NCBI GenBank assembly: GCA_048939995.1 | Contig: JBHLOY010000007.1 | Coordinates: 64,001 to 128,000, forward strand | DNA length: 64,000 nt | Reading direction: 5' to 3' | Source of the DNA: Promethearchaeota archaeon | GTDB taxonomy: Archaea > Asgardarchaeota > Lokiarchaeia > Sigyniarchaeales > SOKP01 | Part shown: positions 1 through 9,013 of the stretch, one piece after another | How the letters are laid out: each line of letters begins with the position of its first letter | Numbering within the stretch: position 1 is the first letter of the stretch | Notes under the pieces: generated by a model | The model's input: only the letters and a program-made list of their open reading frames with translations | Told to the model about the DNA's origin: nothing | The model's database searches: none | Position numbers and translations under genes: made by a program

Positions 1-1
1 A

Positions 2-265
2 TTAGCTTTAAAGCTATTTCAACACATAAGGGATGAGGCTCATCGTTTTGCTGTAAAATTACATAAAAAACAAAGAGAAAAGCACATAAAAGGGTCCATT
101 TTAGATAAAATTAAAGGGGTGGGACCAGTAAGTCGAAATAAATTATTAAAATTCTTTGGATCTATTGAAAATATCAAAAAAGCAACTACCGAAGAGGTTT
201 CAAAAATAGTAGGAAAAAAATTAGCTGAAATCATATTGGATGAACTAAATAAAAAGAAAATATAA
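2..265 (+). CDS. uvrC: Excinuclease ABC subunit C, C-terminal part (partial, runs in from the window edge)
   Basis: Manual translation gives LFQHIRDEAHRFAV...LDKIKGVGPVSRNKLLKFFGSIENIKKATTEEV, i.e. the RDEAHRFA motif and tandem HhH. Stop TAA at 263-265. Not in the ORF track. Confidence 0.95.
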   Translation, partial: LALKLFQHIRDEAHRFAVKLHKKQREKHIKGSILDKIKGVGPVSRNKLLKFFGSIENIKKATTEEVSKIVGKKLAEIILDELNKKKI

Positions 266-271
266 CTAATT

Positions 272-1540
272 CTATAAATATTCACTCTTTATTCGCGAAA
301 GTATAGTGGCTATGATTATTACGCTTCCAAGAAGTATCAAGCTTAAACTTAAATTCCATGTTATCAGATATCCTACAACGGGGTATAAGAGTGTTCTTAG
401 AAGGCTCGCAATCATATTAATTGCACTTAAAACTGTTGCTCTGCTTCCTGTTTCAATCTGTTTATTTATGCCTTTAACGAAAATAATGCTTCGTGAAAAC
501 CCGAACCCAACTATTAAAATAATTAACGGAACACTGATTGGAATAAAGAAAATTAATGCCATAGATATAAACCCAACTCCTGGTATAATTGTGAACAATT
601 GTAGAAGTCTTCGTTTATTATTAATTTTATTTTCAATGCTTGAAACTAGATTATTAAAGATTATCTGAATTATAGTCATCATGGCACTTATGAAACCATA
701 GAATAGTATTTGAACATTAAGAGCTTCAAGATATATTTGATAGGTCCAAATCAAGAAAAACACCATAGATTCGGTGATTATCATTTCAACAGCTAATAAT
801 CTTAGAATTTTGTTATTCTTAAGCTGTTTTAATCCATCTTTTATTATCTTTAAATAACTTGTAGATCTCTTTTTTAGCTTTTCTTGAGTTGGCTCTTTTA
901 GGGTCAACGATATCATTGTTGCTATAAAAAATGGTATAACCATCATTGTCATCACTAAATTTAATGATAATGAAGCAGCTATAATTGAACCTAATGGTGC
1001 TGAAATTCCTATACCTAACAACATAAAGCTTCTGTTCTTAGCCATAATTTTCGAAATTTTATTTTCCTGATTCAATTTTTTTAATGTATCATATAAAAAA
1101 GCTTGATCTGAACCCGATGTTAAAGCAGCTCCAAAAGCCCACAAAGTTTCACCTATAGTGAAAATAACTATATGTGGATAAATTCCATAAATTAATGCTG
1201 CTAAAGCCGTTGAAATAGCTCCCAATGTTAATGAAAGTTTTCTACTCAAATAATCTGCTACTGCTCCACAAGGTATCTCTAGTAACAAAATCATCATTGT
1301 GAAGAAACTTTGAAGAAACATCACTTCAATGAAATTTAATTTCCCCCAAGTCATGAAAAAAGGCAAAAGTACTCCTGAAATGAAGTGAAACCCCATAAAT
1401 AAATGAAACAAATAGGATTTCCATATATTGAATTTCCATTGACCTAAATTAGAGTAATTTGACGGTAGATGCTCTACCTTTGGAGGCAATTGGGCTCCTC
1501 TTTTTATTAGCTTTTTCAATTCTGACATTTCTTCCACCAA
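272..1540 (-). CDS. MFS transporter
   Basis: About 12 hydrophobic segments; LEIPCGAVADYLSRK (MFS motif A-like) and SGSDQAFLYDTL. The true start may be slightly downstream. Confidence 0.9.
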   Translation of the reverse strand: MVEEMSELKKLIKRGAQLPPKVEHLPSNYSNLGQWKFNIWKSYLFHLFMGFHFISGVLLPFFMTWGKLNFIEVMFLQSFFTMMILLLEIPCGAVADYLSRKLSLTLGAISTALAALIYGIYPHIVIFTIGETLWAFGAALTSGSDQAFLYDTLKKLNQENKISKIMAKNRSFMLLGIGISAPLGSIIAASLSLNLVMTMMVIPFFIATMISLTLKEPTQEKLKKRSTSYLKIIKDGLKQLKNNKILRLLAVEMIITESMVFFLIWTYQIYLEALNVQILFYGFISAMMTIIQIIFNNLVSSIENKINNKRRLLQLFTIIPGVGFISMALIFFIPISVPLIILIVGFGFSRSIIFVKGINKQIETGSRATVLSAINMIASLLRTLLYPVVGYLITWNLSLSLILLGSVIIIATILSRIKSEYL

Positions 1541-1718
1541 TACTTTTTACTATTTTAATTTGGACTTTATTTCATTAAAATATTTGATTTATTTTTGCGT
1601 TATAATGACATAGAATGGAACTATCTATGAAGCAATGAATTAGCGAAGCTTATTGAGAAAGTAGATAAGAGAAACAGTTAAAGGTTAAGAGCGTAAGAGT
1701 ATTAAGTTATTGATCGTA

Positions 1719-1859
1719 TTAAAAGTCTAATGCAATAGGGAAATAATTTATAATCCCTAATAACATTGTTATCATGGCAATAATCCGATAAATAGACGGA
1801 TTATGGACTAAACTACATTTCTCATTTATCCACATCCCTACTTTTTCTTTATTTGCCAT
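1719..1859 (-). CDS. Possible 46-aa upstream ORF or small membrane peptide (MANKEKVGMWINEKCSLVHNPSIYRIIAMITMLLGIINYFPIALDF)
   Basis: ATG at 1859 and TAA at 1719-1721; hydrophobic C-terminal half; lies upstream of the MFS gene on the same strand. Confidence 0.3.
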   Translation of the reverse strand: MANKEKVGMWINEKCSLVHNPSIYRIIAMITMLLGIINYFPIALDF

Positions 1860-1999
1860 GGAAAAATCAATCAAAATTTTAATATAATTAAATATTATTT
1901 AATAACTTAAAAATTTACTGCAAGATTCACATTAATGTAAGAAAAAAAAGGGAATAAAATGGGAACAAAAAAACTTACCTTACAAAGACTATGAAAAAC

Positions 2000-3430
2000 T
2001 TATTCTAATTTTGATATAATTAACCTTACTAATTCTGCTGTAACTTCGCAATACATTCTGGCAACTGAATCAGTCTTTGCTTCACTAATAACCCTAATTA
2101 TGGGTTCAGTATTAGAAGGGTGAATTAATACAAACCACTCAACTCCTTTACCAAATCTTAAATCATTATTAATTTCCATAACACTTTCACCCTCTTCATT
2201 TAATTCTTTTTTAACAGCATTGATAATTTTAGATAAATTGCCGTTCTTAAACGCAATTCTTCTTCTATAAGAGAAATATTTTGGAAGCTGAGAAATTAAT
2301 GTTGATATCTTCTTTCTTGTTTGGACTAATATCTCAATAATTTTAGCTGCTGCAAAAATAGCGTCTCTTGTATTATTAAAACTTGGAAACATTATACCTC
2401 CACAAGATCCCTCTCCTCCCAAAATTAAACAATTTTGGTATTTTTGTCTTAGTTTATCAATCTCTTCAATTAAAAATTTTTCTCCTATAGGTGTCCTTAT
2501 AATTTCGACGTCATACTTAAAGGCTAAAACTTCAAACATCAGTGATGATGCTAAATTAGTTATAAATATCGCTTTTTCATATTGATGACTAAAGTTTTTT
2601 AAATAATAATCTGCAATTAGAGCCAACCCTATATCCTCGGGATAACAAATACCAGTGTCTCCTATTAAAGCAAGCCGATCAGCATCAGAATCATGGGCAA
2701 AACCAATATCATACTTTCCTTGCCAAACTTCCATTATTAAATCTCGTAGATTTTGCTCTATAGGTTCAATATCTCTGGGAAAAGTTTTATTAATAAGTAG
2801 CTCATTATTAATTAACTTCAGTTTGCAACCTAATCCCTCAAGAATTTGAGGTGTTACATATTTACCTGCCCCAGCTCCGGTGTCAAGCACTACTCGTAGA
2901 TTATTGAACTTTTTAGTCTTTTCATAATTTACATTTTCATAAAGTTTCGCGATGTAATTAGGAATTGGGTTTAATTGAGTGATTCTACTAGATATATCGA
3001 TAGAATCTATATCATAATCTTTTAAGTCAATTTGACTTATACTTTTACTTATCTGTTCTAATTCAATACTACTTAAGAATGAATGACCCAATAGTATTTT
3101 TAAACCATTCCATTCTTGTGGATTATGAGATCCTGTAATAATAATTCCAGCAGGTATATTCAAATCTCTTTTAGCATGAATAATTACGGGAGAGGGACAA
3201 ATGCCCACTCTAATAATATCATATCCAACAGAAATTAAGCCCTCAATAACTCCACTTTCAATTTCTCCTCCGCTAGGTCGAGAATCTCTTCCTATAATTA
3301 CTCTCTTATCTTTTGCATGAAAAAATTGTCCAAAAGCTATTCCTAACTTTTTAGCAATTTTGTAATTAAGATCTTTGTTAACAATTCCCCTAATTCCACT
3401 AAAAGAAAAAATTAAATTATGATTTTCCAT
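2000..3430 (-). CDS. Alpha-D-phosphohexomutase (phosphomannomutase/phosphoglucosamine mutase family)
   Basis: SGIRG, catalytic-Ser loop TGSHNP, metal loop DSDADR, GGEGSCGG and PSNTEPIIRV. Confidence 0.93.
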   Translation of the reverse strand: MENHNLIFSFSGIRGIVNKDLNYKIAKKLGIAFGQFFHAKDKRVIIGRDSRPSGGEIESGVIEGLISVGYDIIRVGICPSPVIIHAKRDLNIPAGIIITGSHNPQEWNGLKILLGHSFLSSIELEQISKSISQIDLKDYDIDSIDISSRITQLNPIPNYIAKLYENVNYEKTKKFNNLRVVLDTGAGAGKYVTPQILEGLGCKLKLINNELLINKTFPRDIEPIEQNLRDLIMEVWQGKYDIGFAHDSDADRLALIGDTGICYPEDIGLALIADYYLKNFSHQYEKAIFITNLASSLMFEVLAFKYDVEIIRTPIGEKFLIEEIDKLRQKYQNCLILGGEGSCGGIMFPSFNNTRDAIFAAAKIIEILVQTRKKISTLISQLPKYFSYRRRIAFKNGNLSKIINAVKKELNEEGESVMEINNDLRFGKGVEWFVLIHPSNTEPIIRVISEAKTDSVARMYCEVTAELVRLIISKLE

Positions 3431-3441
3431 TTTTTTCAGAA

Positions 3442-4464
3442 CTATAAACCTTTACAGATTACTGGATTTCCTTCTAACTTGTATTTCACTAAAACCAAGG
3501 CTCCTCTTACACCAATCTCATCCAAATATTTTGTGACTTTAATATTAGGTGGATGATTAATCGTAAATTGAAGTGGCTCTTTCTTAAACTGTTCAACAAG
3601 CGGAGGAATAATTAATTCTTTATCTCTCATTAGAGATCCTCCAAAATAAACTGACGTACAATCGTAAAAATTGTTTACCAAACCTACTCCAATTTTATTA
3701 TAATACAAACTCATTTCAATAATACTTTTAGAAAATTTATCTGCTCCCTTAGCAGCTTGAAAAATTTCTTTTGTTGTAATGCGAGAAGGGTCATTATCTA
3801 CCATAAACATTAATATTTTTGAATTTAAGCTAGTCGTTTCCAATGCTTCTAAAGCTCTATTCTTTATACCCGTACCTGAGCTAAAAGTTTCCCAACAACC
3901 ATAAGCTCCACAATTACATTGGTGATCACTATGTGGTTCAACGATCGCATGCCCTACTTCAGCAGCATTTCCATCTTTCCCAATCAATAAATGACCATTA
4001 CATATAACTCCGCCACCAATTCCAGTAGACATAGTAATATAGACCAAATTTTCTTTTTCAAATTCTTCAGCTTCAAAATAATGAATACCAAGAACTGCAG
4101 AATTACAATCATTAATCAAATAAATCGGAATTCCCGGAAATCGATCTTCTAAAGGTTCTTTTAAAGGAATAACCTTAAATCCTAAGTTTGCGTTATTAAA
4201 AACCTCCCCCTTTTCTATATCTAAGGGTCCTGCTGAGGCAAGACCAATACCAATGACATCTTCATTATTTATATCATTTTCTACTAAGAGTTCTGATATC
4301 AAAAGAATAACTGAATTGACAATTGAATATTCATGTTCCTTTGGAGTTTTTATTGACTTCATTTTAAAACTTCTTTCATCTAGTTCTGCGGAACTTATTG
4401 CAACTCTAATTAATGTACCTCCTATATCTACCCCTACAATATACTTGTCCACTTTAATCACCAA
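3442..4464 (-). CDS. ROK-family sugar kinase (glucokinase-like)
   Basis: GVDIGGT, NDCN, STGIGGG, EVGH and the CNCGAYGCWE zinc motif. Confidence 0.93.
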   Translation of the reverse strand: MVIKVDKYIVGVDIGGTLIRVAISSAELDERSFKMKSIKTPKEHEYSIVNSVILLISELLVENDINNEDVIGIGLASAGPLDIEKGEVFNNANLGFKVIPLKEPLEDRFPGIPIYLINDCNSAVLGIHYFEAEEFEKENLVYITMSTGIGGGVICNGHLLIGKDGNAAEVGHAIVEPHSDHQCNCGAYGCWETFSSGTGIKNRALEALETTSLNSKILMFMVDNDPSRITTKEIFQAAKGADKFSKSIIEMSLYYNKIGVGLVNNFYDCTSVYFGGSLMRDKELIIPPLVEQFKKEPLQFTINHPPNIKVTKYLDEIGVRGALVLVKYKLEGNPVICKGL

Positions 4465-4496
4465 AATGAGTTAACAAAATATAATTTTTAATTAAT

Positions 4497-5285
4497 TTAA
4501 TAATATTCTATTTTTATTCGATCGTTATTTACAATTTCCTTAAAAATTTTAAGAATTTCCTTTTTCCGGTGTGTATCAATCGAATATACAAAATATTGTG
4601 CTGGGATCCTCGCAATTGAATAGATTTGGACTATATCTGGATTAATTTTTTTTATAGCTAAAGCTAGCTTTTCTATATTTCTATTATTATCATTTGATAT
4701 AAAATCTTCCCTATAAGAATTATAAAATAGACATTGAATAGCTAATTTAGATGTTTTTATATTTTTCTTTAATTTTTCAAGGGACTCGATAATGAGGTTG
4801 ATATCCATAGTCATATGGGGAGAATTTGTTCTTTGAAAATCTGAGTTTAATGCGGTATCTAATTTAGCAACGATTAAATCAAATTTTGTTAATCTATCGC
4901 GTATTTCTTGTGAGTATACAGTACTTGAATTTGTAAAAATAGTAATTTTTGGTTTTTCACCATTCCATTTTGCCTCTGCTCTAACATTAGCTGTTATCTC
5001 ATAAAACTCTAATAAACTCTCATTAAGGGTAGGTTCACCATTGTATCCAAAAGTAATCGAGTCTAAATGAGGAAAATGTTTAAAAATATCTTTCAATTCC
5101 ACTCCAAATTCAAGGCTAGGAGGAGCTTTAAATCTATATTCGGGTGGCACTAGCTGAATTGTGGGGCCAATCTCACAATAAACACAATTAAATGTACAAA
5201 TTTTCTGTTTGGGTAAAACATCTACTCCCAGAGACAATCCCAATCGCCTTGAAGGGAATGGGCCATAAGTATATTTTCTTGGCAT
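4497..5285 (-). CDS. Radical SAM protein (Tyw1-related Fe-S oxidoreductase type)
   Basis: YGPFPSRRLGLSLGVD, CTFNCVYC and GEPTL. Confidence 0.88.
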   Translation of the reverse strand: MPRKYTYGPFPSRRLGLSLGVDVLPKQKICTFNCVYCEIGPTIQLVPPEYRFKAPPSLEFGVELKDIFKHFPHLDSITFGYNGEPTLNESLLEFYEITANVRAEAKWNGEKPKITIFTNSSTVYSQEIRDRLTKFDLIVAKLDTALNSDFQRTNSPHMTMDINLIIESLEKLKKNIKTSKLAIQCLFYNSYREDFISNDNNRNIEKLALAIKKINPDIVQIYSIARIPAQYFVYSIDTHRKKEILKIFKEIVNNDRIKIEYY

Positions 5286-5294
5286 AAATTATAA

Positions 5295-6056
5295 TCAGTT
5301 CAATTCATCATTTAAGAATGTTTCAATTATAAGATTAACTTCTTTAGGTTTTTCGAGCATAAGCATATGTCCAGCTTTCTCAATTATAAAAAGTTGAGAC
5401 CTCTTAATTTTTTCTTTGAAGTATTTTGAATATTTTGGTGGGGTGAGATAATCAGAATCACCACACAATATAAGACAAGGTAGCTCAATGGTATGTGTTT
5501 TATCTAAGGTATCAAATGCATCGCATATTTTAAAATCTTGATAAGTTACTTGAGGGGCAACCTTAGATGTTTCTGCTCTATAAATATCAATAATTTCTTT
5601 TGAGGTTTTTTCATGAAAAGCAAGACTTAGTGAGTCTAAATATTTTTGATAATCACTTTTAAGCGCATCCAAAATATTTGGATTTACACGCAATCTACCC
5701 CCAGTTCCACAGAGAATTAAAGCTTTAACCTTTTTCGGATAATTTAAATAATAAGCTTGTATTATTGCTCCACCTAATGAATGCCCACATAATACAGCGT
5801 CTTCAATATTGAGATGATGTATGAGTTCGTTGAGAATATTAACATATAAGTCAAGAGATAGCTCAGAAAAATATTCTGATTTATTATGGGAAGGTAAATC
5901 TAAAGTAATAATGTTATAATTTGTTTTAAGACTAAATTGGTTTTTCCAGTCATTTGAACTACCACCAGAACCATGAACGAAAATAATTGCATTATTATTA
6001 TCATTTTCCTTAATCTGATAAAAAATTTTTTTATTAGAGTAGTTTAAATAAGGAAT
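5295..6056 (-). CDS. Alpha/beta hydrolase, 253 aa, probable ATT start
   Basis: The frame is open upstream of the track ORF to 6056 and encodes FVHGSGG, DLPSH and the GHSLGG nucleophile elbow; C-terminal GDSD and AGH. An in-frame TAA directly precedes ATT-CCT-TAT. Confidence 0.88.
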   Translation of the reverse strand: MPYLNYSNKKIFYQIKENDNNNAIIFVHGSGGSSNDWKNQFSLKTNYNIITLDLPSHNKSEYFSELSLDLYVNILNELIHHLNIEDAVLCGHSLGGAIIQAYYLNYPKKVKALILCGTGGRLRVNPNILDALKSDYQKYLDSLSLAFHEKTSKEIIDIYRAETSKVAPQVTYQDFKICDAFDTLDKTHTIELPCLILCGDSDYLTPPKYSKYFKEKIKRSQLFIIEKAGHMLMLEKPKEVNLIIETFLNDELN

Positions 6057-6163
6057 TTAAGTACACCAACATCTTACCTAATTACTACTTAATAAAAATA
6101 AGTAAGATATTTTAGATTTTTTACTTTGAACTATAAATAAAAATATAGAGAAAAAAATATAGT

Positions 6164-6940
6164 TTACTGACTTACTTCCATTTTATTGAAAGATCGTGCT
6201 CCTAATAGTAATAAAGCGATGCCGAAAACTGACATAACCAAGAGATCTAACCATATGGGAAAAGAAGATACTCCTAACAATACAGCTCTAAATAGATCAA
6301 CACTATAAGTAAAAGGGTTAACCATCATTACTGGTTGCAAAATCCCTGCTGTATCAAATGAAAAAAACGCACCAGATAACATAAACATAGGCATTACTAT
6401 AAATGTTTGTATTAATCCGAAAGATTGAAAGTCTCTCATCCGAGTACTTATTGTTAGACCCATCCCTACTATTCCGATACTTGCTAATAGAGCTACCGGA
6501 AGTATTAATGGTATGCGCCAAATTAATGAAAGATCGAATCCTAGGTAACCAAGTGCAAGACCTAAAAACACAATTATACAAACTTGGATAAGAGTTTGTA
6601 AAGCAACTCCTAGCGTCTTACCCACCATCAATGTTCTTCTACTAACGGGAGCAACAATTAACTCTTTCATGAATCCAAACATTTTATCTCGCATAACTCC
6701 CATTCCACCAAAAATCCCTGTGAAAAGTATTATAATTGCGGATATACCTGAAGCAGCAAAGGCTCTCTGATCAACTTGAATTCCACCTATTATTGGTGTT
6801 ATGAAACCAAATCCATTACTGAATACTACTAAAAACAATACACCTTGAACTAATGAAGATATTAGCCTTGTTTTATTTCTCCAGAATTCTAGTATTTCTC
6901 TTCTAGCTAATACCCACACTGCTCCATAGTTTAACTTCAT
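6164..6940 (-). CDS. ABC-2 type transporter permease
   Basis: Six TM segments; RDKMFGFMKELIVAPVSR, PMFMLSGAFF and NPFTYSVD. Confidence 0.92.
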   Translation of the reverse strand: MKLNYGAVWVLARREILEFWRNKTRLISSLVQGVLFLVVFSNGFGFITPIIGGIQVDQRAFAASGISAIIILFTGIFGGMGVMRDKMFGFMKELIVAPVSRRTLMVGKTLGVALQTLIQVCIIVFLGLALGYLGFDLSLIWRIPLILPVALLASIGIVGMGLTISTRMRDFQSFGLIQTFIVMPMFMLSGAFFSFDTAGILQPVMMVNPFTYSVDLFRAVLLGVSSFPIWLDLLVMSVFGIALLLLGARSFNKMEVSQ

Positions 6941-6970
6941 TTCTTCAACATTTAAATCTGAAATGTCTCA

Positions 6971-8296
6971 CTACCTCCTTAATTGCCGCATTTGAATAAA
7001 CTTTTTAATATTTTTCGTCGTATTAGAAGATTCTTCCCTGATATTACTTCCTACAAAATGCAAGAAAACATCCTCTAATTTTGGGGCGTGCATATTTACA
7101 TCCTTTATTTTTAATCCATCGTTATTAATCGCTTGGATGATTTCTGGAAGACATTTTCCACCACTTTCACAAGAAATTGAGATTGTTGGTTCGAAATCTT
7201 TTTCTTCCTCTTGATAATTTCCGCGCTTGATTTTAATAATCTCTTCTTTAATTTCGTTTGGAAGTTCTTTTAAAAGATTTTCAGTAAAAAGATTACTAAT
7301 TCTTTTTTTCATATCTATTGGTGCATTTAAGAACATTTGAGAAGCCATTGGAAATCGCTTAAATGCCATCAAAAGTTTATTTGGGTCAGACATCATCTGA
7401 TTTACTTGACTTTTAATCATTTCGGGATTGATACCGGGCATCCCTTTAGGCAGATTTAGATCCATTGGTAATACTGTCTGAATTCCTTTTGCACCCTCTA
7501 TTGAAATGTTCTTTATACTGGGAATAGACCTTAATTGAGATATTATACGAGGAATTTTCATTCTATCCTCCACTTTCTCAAATTTTATATCTATAATATC
7601 TCCCGATATCTCTTTCTTAAGATTTTCAGATGTATCTAAAGCTATTATTTTTCCATGATCCATAATACAAATTCGATCTGCTAATTCGTCTGCTTCATCC
7701 ATATAATGAGTAGTAATAAGGATCGTAACATCTAAATCATTATTTAATTCCTTAATCTTATCCCAAATCTTTCTTCGTGTTTGAGGATCTAATCCCAATG
7801 TAGGTTCGTCTAGAAATAGCATTTTTGGTCTATGTAATAAGCCCCTTGCAATTTCTAATCTCCTCTTCATTCCTCCCGAATAATGTTTAACGTAAGATTC
7901 CGCTTTATCTTCCAAGTCGACCAACCTAAGAACTTCACTAATTCTCTCTTTTCTTTGCCTTTTTGGCATGTGGTACAAAATAGCATGGAGTTCTAAATTT
8001 TCCCTTGCTTTCATTTCATTGTCTAAGGAAGGTTCTTGAAATACAATGCCTATACTCTTTCTTACTTGATCTGGATGTTCTTTTACATCATAGGAATTTA
8101 CAAATGCTTCCCCTTTAGATGGAGTTAATAATGTAGCTAATACCGAGATTGTGGTAGTTTTACCTGCTCCGTTAGGACCTAATAAGGCAAAGATTTCTCC
8201 TTTTTTAATGTTTAGAGTAATATTATCTACTGCTAAAACATTCCCTTGATCGTATATTTTGGTAAGATTCTTTATTTCTACAATGTTTTCATTCAT
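6971..8296 (-). CDS. ABC transporter ATP-binding protein (DrrA-like) with an internal ~100-aa insertion
   Basis: Walker A GPNGAGKTT, signature YSGGMKRR, Walker B LFLDEPT, TTHY and C-terminal PKLEDVFL. Confidence 0.93.
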   Translation of the reverse strand: MNENIVEIKNLTKIYDQGNVLAVDNITLNIKKGEIFALLGPNGAGKTTTISVLATLLTPSKGEAFVNSYDVKEHPDQVRKSIGIVFQEPSLDNEMKARENLELHAILYHMPKRQRKERISEVLRLVDLEDKAESYVKHYSGGMKRRLEIARGLLHRPKMLFLDEPTLGLDPQTRRKIWDKIKELNNDLDVTILITTHYMDEADELADRICIMDHGKIIALDTSENLKKEISGDIIDIKFEKVEDRMKIPRIISQLRSIPSIKNISIEGAKGIQTVLPMDLNLPKGMPGINPEMIKSQVNQMMSDPNKLLMAFKRFPMASQMFLNAPIDMKKRISNLFTENLLKELPNEIKEEIIKIKRGNYQEEEKDFEPTISISCESGGKCLPEIIQAINNDGLKIKDVNMHAPKLEDVFLHFVGSNIREESSNTTKNIKKFIQMRQLRR

Positions 8297-8852
8297 TTAT
8301 TTTTTCCACTTTATTCTGACTAATTGTTTTTTGAATATTCTTTTCCAATTTATCTTTTTCTATATGTAATTGCTTCAAAAGCTGCATTATATCAGATTCA
8401 ATTGCTGATAACGCTTTTAATTTTTTTTCCTCTGAAATATCTTTGTTGATAATAAATTCGACAGGACTTGACCACACCTTAAAAGTAGCCTCATTTAAGA
8501 ATTTAGAATGATCTAAATCAGAGTTTGAATCTGGAAACCTCAGTTTGATGAATTCAAAGATTTCTCCAATCTTTTTGCGTAATTCTCCTAATTTTTTCTC
8601 TCCTGCTCCTGATAAAAAGTATAAATGTTTTGGTCTTCCTGTTTCTTGGCTAATATCATCCTTACGAACTAAATCACCATTTTCTTCTAAGGATTTCATT
8701 ATTCGGTATATTTTTGAATGTGGAATGTTTCCATATTGAGTTAAATCATAATATGTCATACCGTTTTCATAACTTTTTATAGTATTAAATATAAATATCA
8801 TTCGCAAGTCATCCATGAATTCATGAAAAAATTTAAACTGCTTTGGCCACAT
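8289..8852 (-). CDS. PadR-like winged-helix transcription regulator
   Basis: GMTYYDL...IYRIMKSLEENGDL...GRPKHLYFLSGAG pattern; overlaps the start of the ABC gene. Confidence 0.78.
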   Translation of the reverse strand: MWPKQFKFFHEFMDDLRMIFIFNTIKSYENGMTYYDLTQYGNIPHSKIYRIMKSLEENGDLVRKDDISQETGRPKHLYFLSGAGEKKLGELRKKIGEIFEFIKLRFPDSNSDLDHSKFLNEATFKVWSSPVEFIINKDISEEKKLKALSAIESDIMQLLKQLHIEKDKLEKNIQKTISQNKVEKINE

Positions 8853-8865
8853 AGTTTAGACAAGA

Positions 8866-8948
8866 CTTCAAATGGAAAAGTTTTTTTCAAATTGAAATAT
8901 TTAGATTTTAAAAATAGATGGGTGCTTATAATTTTTTTCATTTTGAAA
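8866..8948. promoter_or_regulatory. Three copies of the palindrome TTTCA-N3-TGAAA, putative operators
   Basis: Copies at 8866-8878 (2 mismatches), 8885-8897 and 8936-8948, in the divergent intergenic region upstream of the PadR-like gene. Confidence 0.5.
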
Positions 8949-9013
8949 TATTATTCCTTTTTGTCATTTTAATGATTAAATAATTTAGCTATAAAACTTA
9001 ATTCAATATAGAG

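Noticed and set aside
40-285. 81-aa minus-strand ORF
   Set aside because: Antisense to the clear uvrC C-terminus on the + strand.
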